64,000 bases of DNA from Macrostomum lignano (taxonomy: Eukaryota): contig NIVC01000129.1 of assembly GCA_002269645.1 (NCBI GenBank), forward strand, positions 356,755 to 420,754, read 5' to 3'. Every line of letters begins with the position of its first letter. Within the stretch, counting starts at the first letter, position 1. Shown here one piece after another: positions 51,301 to 64,000 of the stretch. Position numbers and translations under genes: made by a program. The notes below the pieces were generated by a model. It was not told where the DNA came from. It searched no databases and saw only the letters and a program-made list of their open reading frames with translations.

Positions 51301-54300
51301 ACACCCCAGTCTTGATGCTTCTGACACTCAGTCTCGACGCTTCTGACATAAAGTTTTGATGCTTCTGACACCCAGTCTTGACGCTTCTGACACCCAGTCT
51401 TGATGCTTCTGACACCCCAGTCTTGATGCTTCTGACACTCAGTCTCGACGCTTCTGACATACAGTTTTGATGCTTCTGACACCCAGTCTTGATGCTTCTG
51501 ACATACAGTTTTGATGCTTCTGACACCCAGTCTTGATGCTTCTGACACCCAGTCTTGATGCTTCTGACACCCAGTCTTGATGCTTCTGAAACCCAGTCTT
51601 GATGCTTCTGAAACCCAGTCTTGACGCTTCTGACACCCAGTCTTGCTGCTTCTGACACCCAGTCTTGATGCTTCTGACACCCAGTCTTGACGCTTCTGAC
51701 ACCCAGTCTTGATGCTTCTGACACCCAGTCTTGATGCTTCTGACACCCAGTCTTGACGCTTCTGACACCCAGTCTTGATGCTTCTGACACCCCAGTTTTG
51801 ACACTCCTGGGACCAAGTTTTGACGCTTGTTCTGACACTGAGTTTGGTGCCCCATCGATACCTGCTGCTACTGAGCAAAACAAATGACCATTTTTAACTT
51901 CAGGCTTTCAATCCGGCCAATTTCTGCTACAGCCTCGAGGTAGAGCAGCCCCACGCCGAGATTAACAGATTCGAAGGCAAAATGTGAGCGCCTTAGAAAC
52001 CAGTTTTGTTTAGCGTAAGAGTATACCACCTTTGACGGTAGAAGATGCAGACTTAGAGACCTTTCACCTGCTAGCTCCAATTAAAGAATATTTTTATGGT
52101 AAAGTTGTCTACTGTTTCATCTCCAGCCGGGTGGACGACAAAGAAGATCACGACGTGTCCATACACGCCGAGAACCTCATGCTTCGTGGCTGCAAGCTGA
52201 AGAACACCGAGACAATCGTTGGGCTGGTTGTCTACGCCGGCCAAGAGACGAAAGCGTCGCTCAACAATCAGGGGGCCAGGTTCAAGAGAAGCAAGCTGGA
52301 GCAGCAGATCAATAATAGCGTCGTGTGGTGCATTGTTCTGCTGTTCATAATGTGCTTCTGTGGAGCGATTGGTGAGTATTTATGGTTAAAAAGCAACACT
52401 TAATTGTGTAAGAAGACCAAGAAAAATTTTAGTTTCTTGACCAGGATTTAATTACATGGACAGCTGAAGCAGAAAGGCTGGTCTTGCAACTCGTGCAATG
52501 TTTTGCAATTCTGTCCATTCATGGCTCCTGAGCACATCCAAGCAAGTACTGTACGCAGGAACGCACTCGTACACACGCTCACACAGGGTGTAGAGTGGCC
52601 CTGACTTTGTAATCATCAGGCATGTACACTCTCTGCAGTGCCTTGGGGGCTGGTCCTCGTGGGTGTAAATCACACGACAACTCCCACAAGCAACAAATGA
52701 ATGTCGTGGGTCACAGAAACACGGAAACGAAGAAACTTTGCCTGAAGCCTCCTATCTCGCCAACGCATTGTGCAGCGTTCTTCTGCTTCAGCTGACCATG
52801 CTTTCAAAACGAATTTGCACAGAGTTCCGTCTTTTGTCAAAATATCAAAACCAGACATGTAACGCAAATATATATTTTAAACTCAGCCAACGGAATTTGG
52901 ACTGCCTCATTTTCGGACCCATCGGCGGTGATTTTTCTGGCTTTGGTAGACGGCGACTCCTCATCGTCACCTGCGATGCAGGCCTTCATAAACTTCTGGA
53001 CCTACGTGATCATCTACCAGGTGAGACTTGAGAGAGGTCGCTATTCGAACGCAGTTGAACTTATTTATACCCAAATGACGTCAATAACAACCCAAAAACT
53101 CATTTGCAGGCCATGATCCCTCTGGGTCTCTACCTGACCATTGAGTTTGTCAAAATGGGCCAAATCATGTACATTGAGCACGACATGCAGCTGTACGATC
53201 CGGTCCGCAAAACCATGGCCGAGTGCAAGGCGTGGAACATCACGGAGGACCTGGGCCAGATTCAATACGTGTTCTGCGACAAGACGGGCACCCTCACCGA
53301 AAATGAGATGGTGCTCAAACGGTGCTCGATTAACGGCATGGACTACGCGGAAGGAAGTGAGTGTCTGTTTTTCTATGGAAATTCTACCGCCTTTACCGAA
53401 TCGGGAGGATCGCCAAAATACTGACAGATATGGCGCCATGCTCAGAGCAGTTGACACTGAGGTTGGCATCACAACTAAGATGAATTTGCAAAATAATGCA
53501 AAACTGTCAACAGGGACGAGTAGAAAAATCATTCAGAGCACACAAAGCAAGTACTGCTTACTACTAGCCTTAAATGGTACAACTCAGCCGAAAAGTGTGT
53601 CCTAGAGATTTCCAGTCCAGAATTCAAGCACATCTAGTCAAAGTTTAGATTAGCGAACCGTAAAATGGCCTGCAAAACAATGAGGACTGCGAGACCAAGG
53701 ATCCTCAACGAGAACAGGACCTGTCCAAAGTGCCGTGTGGGGGTCGTGTCGAGGCTCAATCAGCTGTAATTCCCCACTTGGTGCCCAAAGATAGTTTGGT
53801 ATTCTTACTGTTAATTAGTTAAGATTCATCAAACAAATATTCTGAAATGTCCTTATAGTAATAATATCAAAAATACCTGCAGTGCCGTAAAAATAACGTC
53901 TTCATGTGACGAATATCCAACAGTGAGATTTCCCGTGCTGACGGGCTGCTATGCCAACTAGTGAGCGAACAGGCAGTGTCTGACCGATTATATAAAGCAG
54001 ATTTTATAATAAAATGTAAAGCGAATGAAATTTTAATGTCAATCAAATTTAAAAAATGTGCAAAGTCACCTTGCTGAAACTTTTGAAACTAGACTGTTTT
54101 GAATGCAAAAGCCTAAATTAAAAGGTCCTCATGTACTCTAACCTCTGCAGAGTCTCCAATAACCAACGGCACGCTGAACGCTGCTAACGCGCCAGTCAAC
54201 GGCGCTGCCACCTTGCGAAGCGGCAAAAGCCATCGCGACATATCGCCCGTTGCGTTTAAATCCCGGGATTCTACAGTGCAGAAAATTCCGATGGAACGAT

Positions 54301-57300
54301 TGCAAAGAAAAGTCGGCCAAGTGTTCAGCGAGCACGGGCAGCAGGAGCAGGCGAATCAGGACAACCGCCTGGTGGACTATTTTCTGGTGCTGGCGCTCTG
54401 CAACTCGGTTCTGGTCTCAGTGCGCAAGGCGCAAGCGGCCGCCACAGCCAGCGACGATGTCACCTCGACGCCCCGTGCGCCGAGCGGCATTCAAATGTCC
54501 GATCTCATCGGGGACGACGATGAGGACAACAACGGCGGAGGCTTCGGCCGTCAGGATGATGGTCCGGAAGCTGCCACGTCGCTACGTCGGGAACGTCGCG
54601 AAGCCCGTCGGAGGCAGCGCCGAGCCAATCAGGAGCTGACTGACCAGGAGCTTCAGGCGGCGTACATCTCCGACAGTCCAGACGAGGCCGCGCTAGTGTC
54701 GGCGGCCTGCCGGCTCGGCGTGAAGCTGGTGCAGCGCGGTCCGCACCGGTGCGTGGTTTGGCTTCCAGGCCATGGCCCGGTTCGAGTCCGCCTGCTGCAC
54801 ACGCTGCCTTTCGACTCGGAGCGCAAACGGATGTCCGTGGTGGTCCGGCACCCGCTGACCAAGGAGCTGACGCTGCTGACTAAGGGTGCCGACAGTGCCA
54901 TCCTTAGTCTGCTGGAGGCGCCTCAGTCTAACGGTAATCATTCCACATTGAAGTGACTCCGGCGCAACTCTAAATCTGTGCCTTGGGCTTGGCGATTACA
55001 GTCATAGATCACACATTTCGGGAAGTACGCTAGACGTTCTACAGATGTTCCACAGGGGCCAGAGTACGAGCGTAGCTTAACGGAAAACGCGTCCGCCTTT
55101 CGCGCCACGACCCTTGGTTCGATGGCCACATTCATTTATGGCATATTCACAGTCATGATGGCCAACCCCCAGGGCACAGAGTGCTTACATGTCTGAAAAA
55201 TAAGAAAGTCAGGGTCGCTGTACGCCGTGGGAGTGTGACTGCGTGCGTATCCTTAAATAGATGCTCAATAGTCGGTGAAATGGGGGCATGAATTATGTCT
55301 CTGAAAACTGAAAACCCTGAAAACTAGGTGTTATTGGCAAAATTCTAACCTAATAATCCTGGCTTACAAGCGTACATTTTCCTTTTAGTACATTTATGCA
55401 ACGCTATAATCCGAATAACCACCCAATTAGATCCGAAAAGCGACGAGGCAAAGATTCGCTGCCACACCGAGCTGCACTTGAAGTCCTACGCCAACCACGG
55501 CCTTCGAACCCTCTGCTTGGCCAGCAGGACTCTCGGTTCCGAGGAGTACGCTGACTGGCTCGCGCAGCACCGTCGAGCCGACCAGTCCATGTCCGCTGGT
55601 CGCGGCGCCGCGCTGAAGCGACTCGCTTGCCTGCTGGAACGCGACCTGCAGCTGCTTGGCGTTGCTGGTATCGAGGACCGGCTACAGGAGGGCGTGCAGG
55701 ACACGATTGCCAGTCTTAGAGACGCCGGAATGAGCGTTTGGGTGCTCACAGGAGACAAACAGGTGAGCTTCTGTAGTTTGACAGCCAACATTTGTAGTTT
55801 TTTTAATACGAATTCTAACACGAGGCATTCCCTTCGGTCGTGATCTCAAGGTCAGAGACTTCTAACATAGGGCATTCCCTTTGGTCGTGATCTCAAGGTC
55901 AGAGACTTCTAACATGGAGCATTCCCTTTGGTCGTGATCTCAAGGTCAGAGACTTCTAACATGGAGCATTCCCTTTGGTCGTGATCTCAAGGACAGAGAC
56001 TTCTAACATGGAGCATTCCCTTTGGTCGTGATCTCAAGGTCAGAGACTTCTAACACGAGGCATTCCCTTTGGTGATGATCTCAAGGTCAGAGACTTCTAA
56101 CACGAGGCATTCCCTTTGGTGATGATCTCAAGGTCAGACTTGAAGCTATAACCTTTCACATTTGTACTTATGTTTAAGGGTAACATTAAATGCTCCATGT
56201 CCTTTATAACAATTTCAATAGCTGTTGACTTGAAGCTTAAATTTTAGGCTACGCTCGCAAAATAGAAAAGCTTTGTTCTTTGTTAAGTCTGTGAAATTTT
56301 ACATAATCACCAAAGCTTCTCCAAAATAACCGTTAACAGGAGACTGCACTCCAGGTGGCTCTGGAGGCAAAGCTACGCTCGTCCCGGCAGACCCTTCTGT
56401 GCCTGAATGCCAGCGAGTCGCGCGCCGATTGTCGCCGTCTGCTGAACCGGTTTCTGGACAAACTGCGCCGCTACCGGCCACCAGGAGCACCGGAAGTCTC
56501 GTCTGAGAACAAGAGCTCAAGCAGGATTCGCCCAGAGCTGGCTCTAGTGGTGGACGGCGACACTCTGAAGCACTGCCTTACTAAGCCAAAGTGGCGACGT
56601 GCAGCTGTTAATGCGGATGTCTCAAATACTGTCGGTGGCGGCGGTAAGTGCTGTTGCAGTAAAGGTCCATTCAAGGACACCTAGGGACCACTAGAAGTTA
56701 CCGTTGTTGTTACAACAAGCGCTAATGTAACATGACAGTCTATCCTAATTGGGGCGAAGAAAAGTGCCACTTAAGCATCCCATACCACTTGTAAACTCGT
56801 GCATGAATTATACTGATAGCACCCCAGTATATAATCTAATCTCAAGTCCTATGTTCCCTCAGCCCCTCAAGCAGTAGTATAACAAGGACCGGCTATAGGA
56901 AATATGTATGAGTTATTATGGTACGAGTTATTCCCCGCATTCCCCGTATTCCCCGCATCGCCTCGATTCCCACCTATTAGGACCAGTTGCCAAGGCACAG
57001 AAAGTGTACATGCCTGACGTTTGGAAACTCAGAGCCGCTGTACACCGTGTGTGAGCGTGCGCATGAGCGCTGTGTCTGTGTACAGTATGTGCTCAGGAGC
57101 CATGAATGGGCAGTCCTACGAATATCTATTGATTTTACTCCCATGCTTGATAAATTTACAGAAGCTACGTTTCGAAGCGGCGCGGGCACCAGCAGAAGCA
57201 ACGACACCACCGCCCCTGCCGCCGGTAGTGACGATCCAGAGCAGGACGACTTGCGCCCCGATTTTCTACGCCTCGCCGAGCAGTGCGGCTCCGTGATCTG

Positions 57301-59626
57301 CTGTCGGGCAGCGCCGCGCCAGAAGGCGGCCGTGGTGTCCCTAGTGAAGACCAAAGGCGTCCGAACCCTTGCCATCGGCGACGGCGCCAACGACGTCAAC
57401 ATGATCCAGACTGCGGACGTCGGTGTCGGGATCTCCGGCCAGGAGGGCATGCAGGCCGTGATGGCGGCCGATTTTGCATTGGCCAGGTTTCGCTTCTTAA
57501 AACGTCTGCTGCTGGTGCACGGGCACTGGTGCTACGACCGGCTGGCTCGGTTGGGTAAGAACGACGTTGGCTTAGTAGTCCTTGACTTGTTGGATAGTAT
57601 CAGAATCAGAGCAGAAGCTGATAAATTAAAGGTGTGTTACCACTCGATGTTAGGCTCGATTCCATGTGCAGTCAAATTAAGTTGAGGCTAGATTGGAATC
57701 TCGGCTTGTGTCGTTTCGTGAAATTAACCCCCAACGCACAGTGCAGTGTACATGCCTAACGATAAATAAAGTTAGGGCTGCTGTACACTCCTGTGTGAGT
57801 TGTGTGCCTGTGCATATGACTGCGTACGTATCCACCTGCTCAGGGGAGTCGGCGGAATGGGCAGTAACGCCTCTCGCCGGTTGTGGGACAATGTCGCTTA
57901 AAGTGCGCCAAGGTGCACACAGCCCCCCTGCCTCTAAAGAAAGTAATAAAAGAGGCTGCTAGATACAGAGGGAGCGCTAGATGCAGATTGAGAAGCTGAC
58001 TACAGACATCCCATCTACTATCTGCTCTTGCAGCCCTACTACTGTTCTACAAGAACACCCTGTACTGCTTCCTGCTGTTCTGGTATCAAGTGTTCAACGG
58101 ATTCAGCGGCCAGGTCAACATAGGCCAGATCTACCAGCTGTTCTTCAACTTGGTCATGACGTCTCTGCCGCCTCTGGTGATGGGCATTCTTGACAAGCAC
58201 ATCCGCGCCGACGTTCTGATGGCTAATCCGGTTCTGTACCGCGACCCCATGGATTCCAAGGGCTATCAGGCCTCGCACTTCTGGTACAACATTTCCGACT
58301 CGGTGTGGCAGTCGCTGGTGATGTTCATGGTGCCCTACTTTGTCATCGCAGACTCCGATTGGGATATTTTCAGCTTCGGCGACATGGTGATCGGAGCTGC
58401 CGTCATAACTTCGGTGCTGCACAATGCCATCGAGGTCAAGGGCTGGATGCTGGTTCACTGGTTCTCCTTTGTTGGTATGTTTTAAAGCTCTCTGTTTATC
58501 TCTTATCATTTTCTCCTAATTAAATCTATCTTGGACTCTATTCCCGTTGGGTTTCAAACAAAATAGCCGCTTAGCAAGGACTTCTACGACCACGATTCAA
58601 CACGGCTGCATCTGATGTTCCAAAATTACATCAGTTATTCTTACTTGAAATGTTCTCCCACCATTTCCAACGATAGCCAGTTTAGCAAACCATTGCAAAG
58701 CTTTGTCACTTGAGAAAGAAGCATTTTGTCTGTAAAAAGACCAGGCTGTATATTGAACTTATCATTGCGTATGAGCTAGGTTTGACCAGGTATAACAAAA
58801 ACTGGATGAGTAGGTTTGACGTCCAAGTTTGGGCCATCGGCTATTGTTCTATTTACAAAAAGTCATAAATATTATAGGTTTGAGTAATCTTCAAGCACTT
58901 CAGTCAGTGTGTTGTTCTTGCGGTTATTCTGTACCGGTAGAAAAGGCTTTGCAGAACTTACCATAACTTCGCCCTTCAGGCAGTCCTGTAGTCGGCTGGA
59001 TTCTCATCGCGATGTGCTTCAGCGCCATTTGCACCAACTGCTTGCACCCGGAGAATCCGTACTATCAGATCATTCGCAATCTGAGCAATCCGGTGTTCTG
59101 GCTCGCCCAAGCGGTGGTAATCCCGCTGGCCCTGGCGCCCAGAGCCATCTACCGGGCCATGGACAACACTCTGAGCAGCAGCCTGACCGCTCAAGCCATG
59201 CGCCTGCAGAACGAGCCGCGATATCAAGCCAATGCCGACATGTCCAAGGAGCTTCGTCTGCCAAACGGAGGCTTCGGCATCGGGGAGCACGACATCAACA
59301 GGTCAATGAGGATGCGGAGCACACCTCTGCTGCCAAGGGGATCCGTACTGGATACCACTCTGCTTGAACCGTCGGAGCAACAACAACAGCAACAGCAACA
59401 GCAGCAGCACCAGTCACGAAAGCAGGAGTCCTGGTGGGAGCAGAGAAAGACGAAAAACCAACAAAAGCAACAGCAACAACAACAGCAACAGCAGCAACAG
59501 CAGCAGCAGCAGCAGCAACAGCTTCAGGGATTTCCCGGCAACTCAATTCGACCAGGCCAGCATCGCAGGAGTCGAAGCGAAGTGAACGAGCAGGCAGCTG
59601 CGAGCGCTGCGGCCGTCATTGCGTAG
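48318..59626 (+). CDS. ATP10: P4-type ATPase phospholipid flippase, ATP10 class, 11 exons, 1404 aa
   Basis: Exons 48318-48926, 51904-51983, 52127-52371, 52887-53020, 53110-53356, 54151-54933, 55431-55762, 56340-56643, 57162-57554, 58034-58474 and 58980-59626, phases consistent. Motifs [55 protein letters not shown]1 ILNFMP as in ATP10. Confidence 0.95.
49052..49951. repeat. Minisatellite, 21-bp unit, about 43 copies, ATPase intron 1
   Basis: GGCACTCAT(T/A)TT(A/G)GCGCC(G/A)CA repeated. Confidence 0.95.
50898..51800. repeat. Minisatellite, 22-23-bp unit, about 41 copies, ATPase intron 1
   Basis: CTGACACCCAGTCTTGATGCTT repeated. Confidence 0.95.
55813..56138. repeat. Minisatellite, 47-bp unit, about 7 copies, ATPase intron 7
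   Basis: GCATTCCCTTTGGTCGTGATCTCAAGGTCAGAGACTTCTAACATGGA repeated. Confidence 0.95.
56990..57113 (+). repeat. Dispersed ~125-bp repeat family; other copies at about 45263-45330 (-), 52511-52646 (-), 55167-55250 (+) and 57730-57864 (+)
   Basis: Shared GCACAG..GTGTACATG(C/T)CTGA..GCTGTACACC..GCTCAGGAGCCATGAATGG(G/A)CAG. Confidence 0.75.
59378..59522 (+). repeat. CAG/CAA polyglutamine tracts in the ATPase C-terminal tail
   Basis: Two Q runs separated by [20 protein letters not shown] in the last exon. Confidence 0.9.
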
Positions 59627-60007
59627 AGAGAAGCTGGCACTGAGTTTTTGCATAGCAACTAGCTAACCCTACGTAAGACAACAAGCAAGCAGCCGTTACC
59701 GTTTCCCATTGACGCACCTTTTTACTGATTTTAAAACTGTGTTGAAATATTTCTGCTATAAGAAGCACCATTGGACAATATTTCTTGTTTTTTTGTCTTT
59801 TTAAGTTCAATGAAGCTGCTTTAACTTGCATAGAAGCATTGGCAACCAAATGCATTCGTAGGTAGCGACCCTTCCTTTTTGAAAAAAAGTTTGTTTTTCC
59901 AAATTTATTGTTTCGGCACGAGCCGTGCGCCATGATTTCGACTTTTCGACTTTTCCGAACTGCTTGTTGACATGTTTACGTTTTAAAGGACTTTATCTGA
60001 AACCGGA

Positions 60008-60522
60008 ACAACCCCATGACTGAACAACCCATGACTGGACAACCCCATGACTGGACAACCCATGACTGAACAACCCCATGACTGGACAACCCCATGACTG
60101 GACAACCCCATGACTGGACAACCCCATGACTGGACAACCCATGACTGAACAACCCCATGACTGGACAACCCCATGACTGGACAACCCCATGACTGGACAA
60201 CCCCATGACTGGACAACCCCATGACTGGACAACCCCATGACTGGACAACCCCATGACTGGACAACCCCATGACTGGACAACCCCATGACTGGACAACCCC
60301 ATGACTGGACAACCCCATGACTGGACAACCCCATGACTGGACAACCCCATGACTGGACAACCCCATGACTGGACAACCCCATGACTGGACAACCCCATGA
60401 CTGGACAACCCCATGACTGGACAACCCCATGACTGGACAACCCCATGACTGGACAACCCCATGACTGGACAACCCCATGACTGGACAACCCCATGACTGG
60501 ACAACCCCATGACTGGACAACA
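60008..60522. repeat. Minisatellite, 16-bp unit, about 32 copies
   Basis: AACCCCATGACTGGAC repeated. Confidence 0.95.
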
Positions 60523-62042
60523 ACATTGCATACAGGGGATGGCGACTCTCAGAGGATGGCAGACAGCCCCACTAGCTGCAGCAGGTACTGTTGAGCCTTT
60601 CAGCTCTTGCCAGCGCCAAAAATGTTAACAAAAATTTTTTAGGACACTCCAAATCGTGTTTTGTTACGAGACTTTTGTTATAGTAAATGTTAAGGTATTT
60701 TAAACAGATTTAACTTAAAAAATATTTGCTCATGTTTTACAAAGTATTTGCTGTGAAAGTAAAATTTAAATTATTAATCTTTATTTTAGAGTATAAATTT
60801 GTCGATCCGCAAGAACAGACAATAGTTTTAATTGCCTAAAGTTTTTTTTCTGCAATTAACTCCCACAGCTAAAACTTCGAATTCGCGACCAATGTTTCAT
60901 ACAAATAAACTTTTTATACGTTTTCTTTTTTACATCAGAGTGACAGCTGCTCAGCTCTGCTCTTCCGCAGCAATGGAGCAATAGAACTTAAATTGAACAA
61001 TTAACGCACTGCTCTACTGTTAGTAGTTTTTCATGGTGTTTTTCTTTAGTTCAAAGTCATTCATAATGACTGGATGGAATCACAGATATAACGAGATGGG
61101 CCACTCAAGGCATTTATACTTAGCAAAACAGCTGTCTACTTTCAGTTCAGTAGCAATGAAGAATACATAAGCTATTTTTTACTTCATAAGAATAAAGGCA
61201 GCTGAGATAACTTTGATTGGTTTAGAAGCCCAAGATTGCAGACGTAAACGGCTTGCTTATTGGTTCAGCAATAATGTACATTTGCCACCAAAATGTACAT
61301 TGCAGATTTAGGCTGGAACAACCAATGAAGGTAATAAAAATTGGGTGGCGGGGTAGGGGTAGAGGTTCAGTGTGGAGTTTAAGGGTTTAAGCTTCGTGGG
61401 GTGAGAGCCAATAAAATAGGCCTTGCCTTTAAAAATACATTAAAATTCTAAGTTTAACTTACTACCTTGGTAGATGTTCTGCAATCACGAGAGAAGATTT
61501 AGCAGCAAAATATTAAAAACTGCATCATTTACTGAAGACTCAAAGGCAACAAAAGCGTTTATTAACACACTCGTACAATGTTAATTTTAGCATTTAAAAA
61601 ACCGCTATATGTACACTTTGAAGCGACAAGTCCAACTTAAAATTATCAAGCATTATTTTATTCGCAAACGAAAACGAAATTGATGAACTGCATATGCATG
61701 ACAGTTAATACGAATAGAATTTATGATTATTGAATGAACCTGTTCAGAGTTGCAAAGCATAAATAGAAAGCATGATGATCACTAGCTAGAGTCGGTTTCC
61801 GCACAGTAAGTAGCGCACACCGAATATTACCATCTAAATAATAAATTTTGACTGAAAAATATTATGTTATAGTTGGCTGTCACGTAATTATCGTTATAAA
61901 GGCCACGTCAGCTGAAGCAAAGAATGAAATAATAAAAGTGCAATTTCTGAATAAGTTCAGAAAACACAGTTAAATTTCATTTAAAAAAATAGCTGTTACA
62001 AACTACTTTTAGTACTCTATATCAGAGAATAGCATTAAAAAA

Positions 62043-62638
62043 TCAAGAGTCTCTCTCGTTGGCTTGAATAGTGTCCAATATTTTCTGTATGGTTCGAGTC
62101 TGCATAGTCAGCAGGCTCTTAGTGTCCTCGCGATAGCTGGCCACGCTGATGCTGCCCTCGCGGACCTGGCTCAACAGTTGGCGCTGGTTTGAGACAATTC
62201 GCTCCATCATCTCCACCATGGTGCCGTGAACGTCGATTAGGGCGCTGGAAGGAGGATGAGAGTGAGCGAATGCGTGAATGAGTTGATGAAGTTCATGTGA
62301 GTATAAGTTCAATGAGTTCATGAGCTCGTGAATGAACTCTCAGTAAGAGACTAAGAGGTAAATTAATTAACGGACACTCACTTATCCCCCAGCTTTGACA
62401 GCTGATTTCTCGAGCTCTGCCCCTGCCTGTGATGCGACTTTCTCGATGGCGCACCGTCGTAGGTGAGGATCTCATCGGTGGGGTTGAAGGAGACGGTCTT
62501 AGGCGGACTGCTGCCGTACGGAGTGGCCTTGCACGGGCTGGCGTCGCGCGGATGCTGCGGCGCCGGGTTGGAGTCGGAAATCTTGCGGATCGCGCTGGGC
62601 TGCCTGATTTTCGGGGCTGTCCTGGACTGGACGGCATC
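62043..62638 (-). CDS. Probable last two coding exons of an unidentified gene (low-complexity S/P-rich segment, then coiled-coil-like C-terminus)
   Basis: Exons 62382-62638 (AG|GATGCC..GATAA|GTGAGT) and 62043-62244 (TTCCAG|CGCC..TGA). Phase 2 matches across the intron. GC-rich relative to the flanks. Confidence 0.55.
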
Positions 62639-62931
62639 CTGCAAGGAGGTGGCGAGAGGATCCCGCTTTTTTCACTGCTAAATTCGTTGACTAGCTAAGA
62701 AGTTTTCGTTTATCGAGTTTTCAGTTTATTCATTCAGGCCCCGATTTGCTCAATTGCACTCTATGTACTGACGGGCTTTTGTGTTTATACGTAGGGCATG
62801 GTGACGTACTTGTGCGCGCGGTTTTAGCCATTGTTTTTCATTGAGTTCTTTAGCAGTCATAGTCCAGTCTCGGCCCTGCCTAGTTCCGACTAATTGGCTT
62901 CGCTAGCTGGTTAAGCTTCCCCTCGCGGCGA

Positions 62932-63436
62932 CAGCCGATTGGCTGGGCCGGGGCAGTCCCTATTTCTCTCTCCCCCGCCTCGCTGTGACCCTAGCCTTCC
63001 CCTTCGCTCCAGCCTAGGTCTTGCGCCCGGCGGAGCCAGCCGATTGGCAGGGCCGAGGCAGCCCCCATTTCTCTATCCCCCTGCCTCGCTGTGACCCTAG
63101 CCTTCCCCTTCGCTCCAGCCTAGGTCTTGCGCCCGGCGGAGCCAGCCGATTGGCAGGGCCGGGGCAGCCCCCATTTCTCTATCCCCCTGCCTCGCTGTGA
63201 CCCTAGCCTTCCCCTTCGCTCCAGCCTAGGTCTTGTGCCCGGCGGAGCCAGCCGATTGGCAGGGCCGGGGCAGCCCCCATTTCTCTATCCCCCTGCCTCG
63301 CTGTGACCCTAGCCTTCCCCTTCGCTCCAGCCTAGGTCTTGTGCCCGGCGGAGCCAGCCGATTGGCAGGGCCGGGGCAGTCCCCATTTCTCTCTCCCCCG
63401 CCTCGCTGTGACCTTGGCCTTCCCCTTCGCTCCAGC
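62932..63436. repeat. GC-rich tandem repeat, 106-bp unit, about 4.8 copies
   Basis: CCTTCGCTCCAGCC recurs at 63001 and 63107, with the same spacing onward. Confidence 0.95.
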
Positions 63437-64000
63437 TTATTGGCTCTGCTCTGCACGGCCATGCCGATTAGTTCACCGATTAGCACTAAACTATGAAAAT
63501 GAGAGAGTTTCTAATTTACTTATTACAATAGATAGCCTATTATGCTTGACTTAAAAACGTTTTTATGACTCTTTTTCGCGAAAAATAAAGATTTCAGAAT
63601 ATTCGCCGAAATTCTGAAAAAATATCAGGCTCCTTTCTATCTTGACAGTTTACTTTTCGAGTAAAGAAAGATTTAAAAGGTTTTCTTAGAAACAGATTTT
63701 TTAGTACCTCTACCTCTACCTACGTGTTCAATTTCAAGCAAATGTTTTAAGATCTTTTTATTCCTTGTGCCAGCGAATTTAATTTATCACTGCCCTCGAT
63801 CCCTTCTTAGCTGCCCTCGATCCCTTTCTAGCTGGCCTCCGTTACACCTCAGCTTAGACAGCCCCTGCTGCCAATCAATTAGGAATCTGGCTGAGTCTCA
63901 GTGTCTGTACTCTACTTTTGTGCTCATTAGCTAATTAATTTTCTCACGCTCCAGTGACAGTGTGAGCGCTGGGACTTGTATGCTCGAGAGTGCAGCACTT

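Noticed and set aside
49035-51883. ORFs of 280-340 aa with periodic sequence (MSACGAK, APQALIL, CQKHQDW)
   Set aside because: Translations of 21-bp and 22-bp intronic minisatellites. No evidence of coding function.
59976-60531. Three overlapping periodic ORFs; similar ones at 37091-37704
   Set aside because: Artefacts of the 16-bp and 27-bp tandem repeats.

Overview
Eukaryotic (metazoan) genomic DNA with spliceosomal GT-AG introns, AT-rich introns, GC-rich exons and TEs, and many minisatellites. Its style resembles a free-living flatworm such as Macrostomum, which is an unverified inference. The first 13.5 kb is a TE cluster: a 186-bp tandem array, an LTR-less Ty3/Gypsy internal domain, and a decayed RTE-like LINE. 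Nested in the LINE are a 290-bp MULE-like MITE (10-bp TSD) and a near full-length 4.4-kb Ingi-type LINE on the minus strand (13-bp TSD). The Ingi element's 5' end folds as an HDV-like ribozyme whose core overlaps the start codon, followed by a 2A ribosome-skipping peptide and a PHD-APE-RT-RNaseH-CCHC polyprotein. Host genes: a 6-exon MAPKAPK2-like kinase (+); a single-exon rhodopsin-class peptide-receptor-like GPCR (-) with three pseudogene/fragment paralogs; a duplicated 2-exon orphan gene, one copy carrying a 3x25-aa amphipathic helix repeat; a 4-exon ARHGAP18/28/40-like RhoGAP (-); an 11-exon ATP10-class P4-ATPase (+) with an atypical TM4 motif (PLGL); and the last two exons of an unidentified minus-strand gene. 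Kinase intron 1 shows a clear CpG-decay signature. No tRNA, rRNA or CRISPR was recognised. All alignments and folds were done by eye.
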